DNA of 64,000 nucleotides from Macrostomum lignano. Taxonomy: Eukaryota. Below the pieces are notes generated by a model that was not told the DNA's origin, ran no database searches, and saw only the letters and a list, made by a program, of their open reading frames with translations. Location: positions 744,001 to 808,000 of the forward strand of contig NIVC01000056.1 of NCBI GenBank assembly GCA_002269645.1, given 5' to 3'. Below, piece after piece: positions 1-18,559 of this stretch (its first letter is position 1; the number at the start of each line of letters is the position of its first letter). The position numbers were made by a program, and so were the translations under genes.

Positions 1-1220
<1,220 letters not shown>

Positions 1221-1584
1221 GGTGGACCGGTAGTGAACGAAAGACTGAAATGGGCTCTGTAAGGCAAGGCCAGTTACGCACAAATTTGGACTTTATCAGT
1301 CACCAACAGCAGCTGTTTAAAAAGAGCTCAGCAGAGGTTTCAGCTCACTTGCAGCGCTTTCCAGGTGCTTCAATGTAAAATTGATTGTCTTTAAATTCAA
1401 TAGATTTTGGCTAGAGGTCTTTTTAATGCGTCTAGAAAAGTCGCCATTGACTGTGGGGTTTCAATTCATGATATTCACTTTAGTTAATTTGGATAATAAG
1501 ATATTGGAATATCCTCGCAGTGCTGCCAGTCTACATGCATCAGTCCTTCAATAGGAGTGGTGAAGACAGAAGGACAGGTTGTCC

Positions 1585-6665
<5,081 letters not shown>

Positions 6666-6879
6666 GAAAAATCGAAAATAAACTGGAATCAGGCGACATT
6701 ATTGCAAAATGGCGAAAATGGGTTGGGAATTTTTAGCAAGCGTCGCCAACGAACTCTAAACTGACATCTGCTGCATCTAGGATTCGAATTCCTTCTTACA
6801 TGCATGGCAAAATTTGATCTGCATTTGGCTGTCGAAATTTGCACTTTAGTTAGAGAGTAAGTTTGTTTAGTTTTGCCAT

Positions 6880-8505
6880 ATTTACCAGTTGAATTCTACA
6901 ATTTTTGGCGCCACATTTAACAGTTGGATTCTACAGTGTGTGGCGCAACATTTACTAGTTGGATTCTACAGTTTGTGGCGCCTTATTTACCAGTTGGATT
7001 ATACAGTTTGTGGCGCCATATTTACCAGTTGGATTATACAGTTTGTGGCGCCATATTTACCAGTGGGATTCTACAGTTTGTGGCGCCACATTTATCAGTT
7101 GGATTCTACAGTTTGTGGCGCCACATTTATCAGTTGGATTCTACAGTTTGTGGCGCCACATTTATCAGTTAGATTCTACAGTTTGTGGCGCCACATTTAT
7201 CAGTTGGATTCTACAGTTTGTGGCGCCACATTTATCAGTTGGATTCTAAAGTTTGTGGCGCCATATTTATCAGTTGGATTCTACAGTTTGTGGCGCCACA
7301 TTTATCAGTTGGATTCTACAGTTTGTGGCGCCACATTTACCAGTTGGATTCTACAGTGTGTGGCGCCACATTTACTACTTGGATTCTACAGTTTGTGGCG
7401 CCACATTTATCAGTTGGATTCTACAGTTTGTGGCGCCACATTTATCAGTTGGATTCTAAAGGTTGTGGCGCCATATTTACCAGTTGGATTCTACAGTTTG
7501 TGGCGCCACATTTATCAGTTGGATTCTAAAGTTTGTGGCGCCATATTTATCAGTTGGATTCTACAGTTTGTGGCGCCATATTTATCAGTTGGATTCTACA
7601 GTTTGTGGCGCCACATTTACCAGTTGGATTCTACAGTTTTTGGCGCCACATTTACCAGTTGGATTCTACAGTGTGTGGCGCCACATTTACTACTTGGATT
7701 CTACAGTTTGTTGCGCCACATTTACCAGTTGGATTCTACACTTTGTGGCGCCATATTTACCAGTTGGATTCTACAGTTTGTGGCGCCATATTTACCTGTT
7801 GGACTCTACAGTTTGTGGCGCCACATTTATCAGTTGGATTCTACAGTTTGTGGCGCCACATTTACCAGTTGGATTCTACAGTGTGTGGCGCCACATTTAC
7901 TACTTGGATTCTACAGTTTGTGGCGCCACATTTATCAGTTGGATTCTACAGTTTGTGGCGCCACATTTATCAGTTGGATTCTAAAGTTTGTGGCGTCATA
8001 TTTACCAGTTGGATTCTACAGTTTGTGGCGCCATATTTATCAGTTGGATTCTACAGTTTGTGGCGCCACATTTACCTGTTGGATTCTACAGTTTTTGGCG
8101 CCACATTTACCAGTTGGATTCTACAGTGTGTGGCGCCACATTTACTACTTGGATTCTACAGTTTGTTGCGCCACATTTACCAGTTGGATTCTACACTTTG
8201 TGGCGCCATATTTACCAGTTGGATTCTACAGTGTGTGGCGCCATATTTACCTGTTGGACTCTACAGTTTGTCGCGCCACATTTACCAGTTGGATTCTACA
8301 GTTTGGGGCGCCACATTTACCAGTTGGATTCTACAGTTTGTGGCGCCACATTTAAATGTACCAGTTGGATTCTACAGTTTGTGGCGCCACATTTACCAGT
8401 TGGATTCTACAGTTTGTGGCGCCACATTTAAATGTACCAGTTGGATTCTACAGTTTGTGGCGCCACATTTACCAGTTGGATTCTACAGTTTGTGGCGCCA
8501 CATTT
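6880..8505 (+). repeat. 35-bp minisatellite TTTACCAGTTGGATTCTACAGTTTGTGGCGCCACA
   Basis: About 46 tandem units; the ORF translations repeat every 35 aa. Confidence 0.97.
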
Positions 8506-9079
8506 ACCCAGTTTGACTCTTCAAATATTCAAACTTTGTTTGCCAGTGTGTGGCCTACTTCTCTGCAAAATTTTATCTTGGGAAAAAGCGATAAGATATG
8601 ATATTCCCGAAAAGCATATACTGTATGAAATATTCAGTAATTTTTTCACTTACACTTGATCAAGCCTCTTTAAGTAACTCTGCAAGTCTCATGTTTCGTC
8701 AATGTCTCCGGCCGCTGTTAGGAAATTCAAAAAACACATTTCCTCTTGATCCTTTTCTCCGCGATCTGCGGAAAACCCAGGGCCAATTCTTATCTCTGTA
8801 TTCTACAATATAAGGAATGGCAGCAAAGCAGCCACTTCAAGAGACTCAATAAGCCTTGTGAGCTTCCCCAGGGGATACTGCGCGGCTCCTTTCGGCCTGA
8901 GAAAGCAGCCTATACAAGGATCGAGTCTACTGGTCTACTGGTTTTTTTCCCAGCATTTTTTTCTCGGAATTGCATTTCTACAAGGTTGACGACTTTTTGT
9001 ATTAGCTGCCGAAAGAAAGAAATTTCTGTATCTATTGATAACATGCATGTATGTCTTCCAACTGCAGAGCATCAATACA

Positions 9080-9442
9080 GGGGGGCCATAGCCCAGCGGT
9101 AGCGCAGCTGCTCTGGTGTGCCAGCGACCCAGGCTCGATTCCAAGTGCAGTCACATTAATTTGGGGCTGAATTGGAATCTCGGCTTGGCTCTGCTCGTGC
9201 AATTAACGGCCTTGAGAGCCAACCCCCAAGGCACAGTGAAGTGTACATGCCTAACGATAATATAAAGTTAGGGCCGCTGTACACTCCTGTGTGAGTGTGT
9301 GCCTGCGTACGTATCATCCGCGCGCTTGTATGCCTGCTCAGGGGAGTCGGCGGAATGGGGAGTAATGCCTCTCGCCGGTTGTGTGCCTATGTCGCTTAAA
9401 GTGCGCCAGGGTGCACACAACCCCCCTGCCTCTAATAAAAAA
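9080..9442 (+). mobile_element. tRNA-derived SINE, family A, copy 1
   Basis: A-box TAGCCCAGCGG, B-box-like GGCTCGATTCC, A-rich tail CTCTAATAAAAAAA. 14-bp TSD AGAGCATC(A/T)ATACA at 9066-9079 and 9443-9456. Near-identical copies at 34693 and ~54167. Confidence 0.9.
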
Positions 9443-9969
9443 AGAGCATCTATACATGTATGTTACGAAGTATTGGAAATTAATTGAATTTATAATTACT
9501 CTGAATTGCAAGGAATTAAGAGCTGAATAGTAAAATTCATGCAATTTAGTAGCCTCTATATTAATTTGCTGTACGAAATTCTGCTGTCTACCTACATGTA
9601 TAATTATAGGCATAGTTTTGAAAAATCGGTAAATTTCGATACAAGTCTGTTTTTTGGCAAGGTGCTTTAGTTTTGAATGAATAGCAAAATTACCTTGTTG
9701 AATTATCAGTTACATGTAACTTATATCTCTAGACTGAAGAAAATTGAGCCGGTAGCGCTTTTCTGATCACGATGTACATGCATGAAGCTAAATTAGCTAG
9801 TTTATCAATGATTTTGATGAAATACTGTAATCTGTGATCATTATTCTTTGAGAATTGTAAAACCATTCTACTAGTAGTAACAAAAATGCGCGCATGAATC
9901 CTTATACAGCTTGAAGTAGGCAAATCTATTAAAAATTGATTTGCCTAAACTCTTCTTGACACTTTGCAG

Positions 9970-12900
9970 TGGCACCGCCGCACTCACCAACAATATGAAG
10001 ATGCTAGACGCGCTGTTTAAGGAAACTGAGAAGGCTCCGGCTGTGAGTTTAAACTCAAATGATCTCTCCCTTCATCTACCTTCCTACTTGAATCAATCTC
10101 TTCTTTCATCTACCTCCTTACTCAAGCTATGCAGACCCTTCATCTACCTCAATACACAAATTGATCTCTCCCTTCATCTCCACCCTCAGGTATTCCTACC
10201 TCGCTCAGTGCATCAATGTCAAACCGCTCTATCAATCGCTGCTAGCGCCAATCAAACCCCTATGCTGCGCGCCCTATTCGATGGCGCCATGCGGACGCGT
10301 AGTCAGCGCGCCCTATTCGATGGCGCCATGCGGACGCGTAGTCAGCGCGCCGACGCTCTCCATCGTTGCCAGCTGGCCGCTTCTGAGCAGCTGCTCGGCT
10401 TTGGCGCCAACAGCGGCGGCGGTGCCGCAAATCCTCGGCGCCTACGGTGTTCGCGCATTCGCTCGCGTGGCCGCCAGTCGAGGCGCTCGCGATGGGGATT
10501 TCAGTTCACGACCACGACCTGTCCTAGAACAACAAACCCGGCATCCCACAGGACAAGCACTCGCAGCAGTTGATCTTATTTACTTTGATCTTACCGCCAG
10601 TTGATCTTATCTACTTTGATCTTACCGACAGTTGATACTATCTACTTTGATCTTACCGACAGTTGATCTTATCTACTTTGATCTTGCCGACAGTTGACCT
10701 CATCCGCCTTGATTTTTACCGTCAGTTTGATGAGGACGCACTTTTTTCCAAATTTCACACTCGCACATGGGCTCCAAACTTGCTAGCCTACTAACAGCAG
10801 GCTAGGGGCATTTTTCTCCTTTTTTCTCCTTAACTTTTCTAGAATTCATACTAGTAAGACTTTTTGTAGCTATATGAATCTGCCATACTTGTAGTTATAA
10901 TAGGTGCGGTTTTTTGCTGCTTTTGGGTCATAAATCATTGCTTTTGAGCTGGTCTGACAGCCACCTCAATGCTGAGGCTGGCGCCAGATGGTCTGAGAGG
11001 ATGCGGGCGGTAGCTTTTTTCTCATCATTTTTGACAGGCCATCAGATTTATGAGGTCGGGGCCTATTGTTCGTGTTCACTCAAGCGTGTGACAGCTTTGA
11101 CAGCTATGCGTTTTACCCCTAAAAGTACTTTGGGATTAGCGATTAGCGATTTCTCTTCACCATTTTCACTTTCTACTTAATAAGATCTTTCTAATGCATA
11201 TTTTTTCATTAATTTTTGTCATTCCTACGCGAAAGGTCATAAATCATTGTGTAGCGATTTCGAGTGATTTATGACAACACCTGGCGTATTTTTATGGCCC
11301 CGAGGGAACTGATAGGATCTTCTGGTCACGTGAGTTTGGGTAGCAACAAGTTAAGCCAATCAGAAAATTCGACGTGCGTTATAACAAATCGGCTCAGCCA
11401 ATCAGCATCGAGGTGTTCCATTATACAAATTGCGGTCCAGTTGGCGGCTATTTAAACCGGTGTTTTTGGCCCGCTTGGACCTCAACCTCCAGTAACCTGG
11501 GACTTTGGCCTAACTTAGACCTCCCGGAGCTCGACCGTCGTCCCTTGATACCCGGATAGCGACTCCCCCATCATCATCAAGGACGAATTCCCCCGGTTGT
11601 CAGCAGCGAACATCAAGGTTAAGATCATCACCTGCTAGCTATCTGCGAAGATTGTGACATCATGAAGAGTTTAAGAGTGGTGATCAGTCACTCAAAACTC
11701 CCACTTCTAGACACTGGGGAACAAGTGCCTAGGTATATGCAAAATCAAATAACTCTGACTGCAGCGGATCCTTTAGTGGCTTGTAGACGTCTTGGTTTGG
11801 CTTAGGTGACTCAGTACCTCCGGGAGTTCTTGACTTTTATCTGCGGGTCGACCAAAAACGAGAGCGAATCAGAACTTCTTGACGGTCCTCGAGCTCGGAA
11901 TTCACAATAGAACGTGCACGTGCGCCCTTATGAACAATTGAATTCTCTAACTGTCTGTAATAGGTCCTCCTGAAGGGCGGCTTCTTCGTTACGTCCGAAA
12001 CGTAACGGATAACTCAACTAAATCAATAATCCTCTAGGAATATATCCTAGGAAAACGAGGAGGCCTTTCTCAACTGTGTCGACAATAAACAGCTCTCATA
12101 AACTCAATGAATCAACTTATTAACGCTAACAACAAAAGAACTAAAACCGGTAAACGCTTACCAATTGGACAGGTGTGGTCCCTCAGAGATTGGTCTTCTT
12201 ATTTCTTCGGAGTCTTCTTAGAGACCGCTCCGAGTCTGAATTTTTGACTCGAATTTTCACTTATATTTATAGCAAAATTTTGGAGAAAAACCGGTTTGGG
12301 ATTGGGTATTTACTGAGCTCAAAAATGTTTGATTAAGCGGTCATGCATGTTTGAGCATTACCATATATGGAGTTAAACAAATACAGCTGTTGAAATCCGG
12401 TTCCTTGATCAAACAATGTAGGGTTCTAAATCATTCTGTTTGCGCGTGATTCCTAAAATAGATATGACTCATTTTGGAAGAAATTTACTTTCTTAGAATA
12501 TTACTTTAAGTAGAGCATTACGGTATGGCTTAATAACTCTCTACAATCAGCATCATCCCGGGTCTACAGCTGCGAAGCACTAAGCCGATTCTGTCACTGT
12601 GGATTACCTGGTCTCCGGCTGTTGAGTTTCTGATTGGTTGGGTGAGAGGCTACCTAGACTTGCTTGATTGGGTGATCCCTTATCTGTCCCCTGTTTCAGT
12701 AGCTGGATTAGGCGCACACTTTTGCTCATTTTGTTCAGCAGTGCTGTTATTGAGGCAGAGATCATCCAATAACACTGCTAGTAGTCTGAAACTCCAATTC
12801 AATCTGAGGTGTGAAGTGAATCAGTGAGAAGGTTAAATCTGACAGTTATTTTTATTGGTTTTATTTCTTTGTTCGCCGATGGCTCAGATGAGTAGCTAAG

Positions 12901-13306
12901 CTAGTAGGCGCCGGTCACAGTAGACCAATGGCAAGGCAGTTCTCAGTCGATCAATCTATTGAATCAGTAAGCAAAATTGCCAATAGCGCAAAATCGGCGC
13001 AAGAGATGTACGTGCACTCTAGGTTTGCCAAGCGGCTCGGGTAAATGAATCATGCGGTCTCTGAAGTTCGAGTTAGTCTATCATCAGCGCTATGAGAGGC
13101 TAGTTGGCGCGTTGACGGCCAAAAGTACAATTCCTCGTATTTAGCAATGTAATAGTACATGTAGCTACCCCATAGACTCGCCACTGCAAGAATCCCCTGC
13201 AGAAGTCCCCTCTGTACCTGCATGGCCAATGCGATCGAATCCCAGCAGTGTCCCTTATCATCAGCTATGACTTCGAGATTGACAGCAAAAAGACACTAGT
13301 TGGCAG
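9970..13306 (+). CDS. Probable ankyrin-repeat exons of the ANKS1-like gene (degenerate or incomplete)
   Basis: Exon 9970-10042 (GTAALTNNMKMLDALFK, donor GTGAGT); exon from 10190 (QTALSIAASANQTPMLRALFDGA...LLGFGAN); exon 13176-13306 (QKSPLYL...VSLIISYDFEID, donor AG|GTAAGT). Ankyrin-like patterns, but phase continuity with the downstream exons is not established. Confidence 0.45.
10569..10724 (+). repeat. 31-bp tandem repeat, 5 units
   Basis: AGTTGATCTTATCTACTTTGATCTTACCGAC units. Confidence 0.9.
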
Positions 13307-14064
13307 GTAAGTGCTAAGCCCCCTCTAGTCGGAAGCCCGATTTCGAAAGATCCGGTTTGGTGAGCCAGGACGTACGGGCTGGTGGCAGCGAGTTAGCTTA
13401 GTCTGCGGATTAGCTAATTTCTACCTTCAAAATTCTCCCTGCTTGTCTCTCGCTGTCCCTCTCTTAGCTATAGGACCTAGACTGCTCGCCACACGATCAA
13501 GCTACCATGGGGCTGACGTGACCGAGACGTCGGGGCTATAAGTTAAATTTTACAAGACCTATATTTCATACGAGACCTAAATTTCACAAGACCTAAGTTA
13601 TAAAATTCAAGTCGAGACTATAAGCACAGACAAGTTTCATTCAATGTAAACAATCAAGTAATACTGAATGCCAAGGGGTTACATATGTATGACTAAATAT
13701 GTGTTACGATACTAAAGCACAGTGTATACACATGTAGCTAAAATGAATGTTGACCTTGGAACAACTTGCAGGATTGCATATTGTATGCTTAAAGACCGCA
13801 AAGCGTGGGTAGCTGTAGCCGAACGCACCACCAGCCTCCTACACAAGAAACATGTTCTGCTTAGCATGCCACGGCTCTCAGGGAACAATCAATTTGTTAT
13901 TATATTATGCACAGTTCGATCCGTTTCAAACTGGTTGAACACGTGCCAAACTTTACACAATTATGCTAATTACCTAAATGCTAATTAGGTATGGCTATTG
14001 GATACATGCATAGGCAATTTTATGCTTTATTTAGCTGAGGCACCGCAGTAGGCACTCATGCAGT

Positions 14065-14205
14065 TTAGCGCCGCAGACACTCATTTTGGCGCCACAGACA
14101 CTCAAGCACTTATTTTGGCGCTACAGGCACTCAGGCACTCATTTTCATGGCGCCACAGGCACTCAGGCACTCATTTTGGCACCGCAGTCACTCGTTTTGG
14201 CGCCC
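14065..14205 (+). repeat. Short degenerate array with TTTTGGCGCC and CAGGCACT motifs
   Basis: About 5 degenerate units. Confidence 0.7.
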
Positions 14206-14519
14206 TGAAGCAAAATTTCTTGATTTGAATAACGAGTCAATAACGAGTTAAGGATGACACATGCAGATCGACAACAGTGAATTATGATACACAACTACAT
14301 GTACATGTAGCTAAATGTTAAATATTGTTTATGATACAATTGCATATCATACGAGTGTACAAACTTAAAGTACAAACACCTGATGATGGCCATTAAGATG
14401 TAAACAACACCCTAAACTTAATTGCATTTAATTTGAGAACAGAACTTAACTTGTTAAACACAATAAAGAACCGCAAAGTAGCATCCAGTTTGCAGTCTGT
14501 CACTTCTTACGCTCCCAGA

Positions 14520-14800
14520 CTGTCACTCTCTCAGTTCCCACTCTATCACTCTCCCAGTTCCCAGTCTATCACTCCCTCAGTTCCCAGTCTATCACTCCCT
14601 CAGTTCTCAGTCTATCACTCCCTCAGTTCCCAGTCTATCACTCCCTCAGTTCCCAGTCTATCACTCCCTCAGTTCCCAGTCTATCACTCCCTCAGTTCCC
14701 ACTCTATCACTCCCTCAGTTCCCACTCTATCACTCCCTCAGTTCCCAGTCTATCACTCTCTCAGTTCCCAGTCTATCACTCCCTCAGTTCCCAATCTATC
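14520..14800 (+). repeat. 23-bp minisatellite CTATCACTCCCTCAGTTCCCAGT
   Basis: Tandem units; related to the arrays at 15450 and 17200. Confidence 0.93.
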
Positions 14801-15449
14801 ACCTAGCTTCTAGGGTGCTATTGCAATATTAATTCATGCAGTAGGATACAAAGCAGCCTTAGAATGTATTTATTTGCCCATTAGCTGAAAGCGGCACACA
14901 TGGAATTGGATAGTTAATTTAGCCTGAAATTCTGTACAAGATCTGCAGTGCCTTCAGCCGAGACGGCAGAAATTTTCTCTGTGGCAACAAAAATGCATTT
15001 ATTTTCTGTGAAAGTGGAGTGAAGCTTGGTTAAGCAATGAAATACCAGCTAAGCTGCATCTGCAGTAGAGGCTTAGTGCGCAGTTTCAAGCAGTTGCAAC
15101 TATACAGTTGGTGTATTTAAATATTCTTTTTTAAAGAATATTTTATTGTTTCAATCTGTTGGGGTATGCTAGAGGCGTGCATTTTAATATGCATTTTTTG
15201 CCACTATAGTATAGGAATGCCTTACACAGACAACACCCCTATGCAGCCTACTGAACTTCCTTAAATGCAGGCAAAAAGTTTCCTATCAATGTACATGTAC
15301 ATGTAAAAATACTTTCTTGTTTTAATGAGTATTTAATTTTGCTAGCCCCGTTTTCGAGCATAATGTACTTTTCAAAGTTTATATCGAAAGCCTTTCGAAT
15401 CAACTTCAGATCACCTAGCTAATTTAGTTTGCAGAGTAAACAGGCGTCC

Positions 15450-16440
15450 AGTCTGTCACTCCCTCCAGTTCTCAGTCTGTCACTGTCCTCAGTTCTCAGT
15501 CTGTCACTGTCCTCAGTTCTCAGTCTGTCACTGTCCTCAGTTCTCGGTCTGTCACTGTCCTCAGTTCCCAGTCTGTCACTGTCCTCAGTTCCCAGTCTGT
15601 CACTGTCCTCAGTTCTCAGTCTGTCACTGTCCTCAGTTCTCAGTCTGTCACTGTCCTCAGTTCTCAGTCTGTCACTGTCCTCAGTTCTCAGTCTGTCACT
15701 GTCCTCAGTTCCCAGTCTGTCACTGTCCTCAGTTCCCAGTCTGTCACTGTCCTCAGTTCCCAGTCTGTCACTGTCCTCAGTTCTCAGTCTGTCACTGTCC
15801 TCAGTTCTCAGTCTGTCACTGTCCTCAGTTCCCAGTCTGTCACTGTCCTCAGTTCTTAGTCTGTCACTGTCCTCAGTTCCCAGTCTGTCACTGTCCTCAG
15901 TTCTCAGTCTGTCACTGTCCTCAGTTCCCAGTCTGTCCTCAGTTCTCAGTCTGTCACTGTCCTCAGTTCCCACTCTGTCACTGTCCTCAGTTCCCACTCT
16001 GTCACTCCCCTCAGTTCTCAGTCTGACACTCCCATCAGTTCTCAGTCTGTCACTGTCCTCAGTTCTCAGTCTGTCACTCCCATCAGTTCTCAGTCTGTCA
16101 CTCCCATCAGTTCCCAGTCTGTCACTGTCCTCAGTTCTCAGTCTGTCACTCCCCTCAGTTCTCAGTCTGACACTCCCATCAGTTCTCAGTCTGTCACTGT
16201 CCTCAGTTCTCAGTCTGTCACTCCCATCAGTTCTCAGTCTGTCACTCCCATCAGTTCCCAGTCTGTCACTGTCCTCAGTTCTCAGTCTGTCACTCCCATC
16301 AGTTCCCAGTCTGTCACTGTCCTCAGTTCCCAGTCTGTCACTGTCCTCAGTTCCCAGTCTGTCACTGTCCTCAGTTCCCAGTCTGTCACTGTCCTCAGTT
16401 CCCAGTCTGTCACTGTCCTCAGTTCCCAGTCTGTCACTGC
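15450..16440 (+). repeat. 24-bp minisatellite CAGTCTGTCACTGTCCTCAGTTCT
   Basis: Tandem units. Confidence 0.96.
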
Positions 16441-17199
16441 TTCAGTCAGAGCAAACGAAAAATTAATGAAACCCGTCAGAGAAGAATATCTTTCTCACTC
16501 CTCATATCTCTATCGCTTGTTATTCATGACGCTAAGCATGAGATATTCTGTTCCAAGCTTTACTAATTCTCTGCTCATAACTATTACGCAACAGCTCAGC
16601 ATGAATGCTAACTTATTTTAGAGCTTTTCATCTCTAAACTCGTTCTTATAATTAATTGCATTGTTGTACAAACATAATTACTCTGTAAATCTATCTATCT
16701 ATAACTAGTATAGTATAGGCTATTTATACTTACATAACAAGCGATTCTAGCTAACTGGATAGAGGAGAGAGCAGAGGAGAGAGGAGAGGAGAGAGAGAGA
16801 GTTTGTCACGCACACAGGGCAGAGAGATTCGAGTTTGTGCAGTTTTTTTTTTCGACGAACGCGCTCGACAAGCAACCGTTGGCCGGTCCAGCGATTCTTG
16901 AAAACTCGACTCTTGAAACCCTTTGAATAGCTATATAGCTGTGTATAAAAGATCTGCAGGGCCTCTCTCTCTCTCTCAGTTAATAAAGTGCCGCGTTTGA
17001 TCCTGATTTCAAGTCGTGAGCCAGAAAATTGTAAGATTAACTGGCATGGACCGATCGACCGTTTGGGCAGAGGTGAGTACCACTGCATAGTAAAGTTGTA
17101 TTTGCGCACACTTTTTTTCAAAACACTACTCCTATTTTCCTCTAAAGTTTAGTAGGTACCTTAGTTCTACAATGCATGTTTAGTCCATTCTTCTTTCAG

Positions 17200-18450
17200 A
17201 TCCAAGTCTTTCACTCCCTCAGCTCCCATCTATCACTCTATCACTCCCTCAGCTCCCATCTATCACTCTATCACTCCCTCAGCTCCCATCTATCACTCTA
17301 TCACTTCCTCAGCTCCCATCTATCACTCTATCACTCCCTCAGCTCCCATCTATCACTTTTTCACTCCGTCAGCTCCCATCTATCACTCTATCACTTCCTC
17401 AGCTCCCATCTATCACTCTATCACTCCCTCAGCTCCCATCTATCACTCTATCACTCCCTCAGCTCCCATCTATCACTCTATCACTTCCTCAGCTCCCATC
17501 TATCACTCTATCACTCCCTCAGCTCCCATCTATCACTTTTTCACTCCGTCAGCTCCCATCTATCACTCTATCACTTCCTCAGCTCCCATCTATCACTCTA
17601 TCACTCCCTCAGCTCCCAGCTATCACTCTATCACTCCCTCAGCTCCCATCTATTACTCTATCACTCCCTCAGTTCCCAGCTATCACTCTATCACTCCCTC
17701 AGTCCTCATCTATCACTCTATCACTCCCTCAGCTCCCATCTATCACTCTATCACTCCCTCAGCTCCCATCTATTACTCTATCACTCCCTCAGTTCCCAGC
17801 TATCACTCTATCACTCCCTCAGTCCTCATCTATCACTCTATCACTCCCTCAGCTCCCATCTATTACTCTATCACTTCCTCAGTTCCCAGCTATCACTCTA
17901 TCACTCCCTCAGTCCTCATCTATTACTCTATCACTCCCTCAGTTCCCAGCTATCACTCTATCACTCCCTCAGTCCTCATCTATCACTCTATCACTCCCTC
18001 AGCTCCCATCTATCACTCTGTCACTCCCTCAGCTCCCATCTATCACTCCGTCACTCCCTCAGCTCCCATCTATCACCCTATCACTCCCTCAGCTCCCATC
18101 TATCACTCTTTCACTCCGTCAGCTCCCATCTATCACTCTATCACTTCCTCAGCTCCCAGCTATCACTCTATCACTCCCTCAGCTCCCATCTATTACTCTA
18201 TCACTCCCTCAGTTCCCAGCTATCACTCTATCACTCCCTCAGTCCTCATCTATCACTCTATCACTCCCTCAGCTCCCATCTATTACTCTATCACTTCCTC
18301 AGTTCCCAGCTATCACTCTATCACTCCCTCAGTCCTCATCTATCACTCTATCACTCCCTCAGCTCCCATCTATCACGATATCACTCCCTCAGCTCCCATC
18401 TATCACGATATCACTCCCTCAGCCCCCATCTATCACTCTGTCTCTCCCTC
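17200..18450 (+). repeat. 30-bp minisatellite TATCACTCTATCACTCCCTCAGCTCCCATC
   Basis: Tandem units ending ~110 bp before the SAM-exon acceptor. Confidence 0.96.
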
Positions 18451-18559
18451 AATTTCCCGTCTGTCTCTTCGTCAGTTCCCAGTCCGTCCTCCCTCAGTTA
18501 ACAGTGGTCACTCCCTCAGTCTTATAAAAAATCACTCGATCTTTTACCAAAATTCACAG

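Noticed and set aside
6880-8505. CRISPR-like appearance of 35-bp repeats (also 60085-61370)
   Set aside because: Head-to-tail units with no unique spacers, no cas genes, eukaryotic context.
8640-8960. Possible upstream exon of the unidentified minus-strand gene (good GTAAGT donor near 8650)
   Set aside because: All three frames contain stops between the candidate acceptors and the donor.
9080-9150. tRNA gene (also at 22080 and 34697)
   Set aside because: tRNA-like heads continue into shared SINE bodies; the family A copies have TSDs and A-rich tails, and I could not identify a complete cloverleaf.
11970-12005. Second hammerhead-like string CTGAAGG...CGAAACGTA
   Set aside because: A9 is replaced by G, stems I and II pair poorly, and the CGAAACGT is explained by a local hairpin.
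14390-14410. CTGATGATGGCC hammerhead-like start
   Set aside because: No complementary stem II arm or GAAA follows; at most a decayed remnant.
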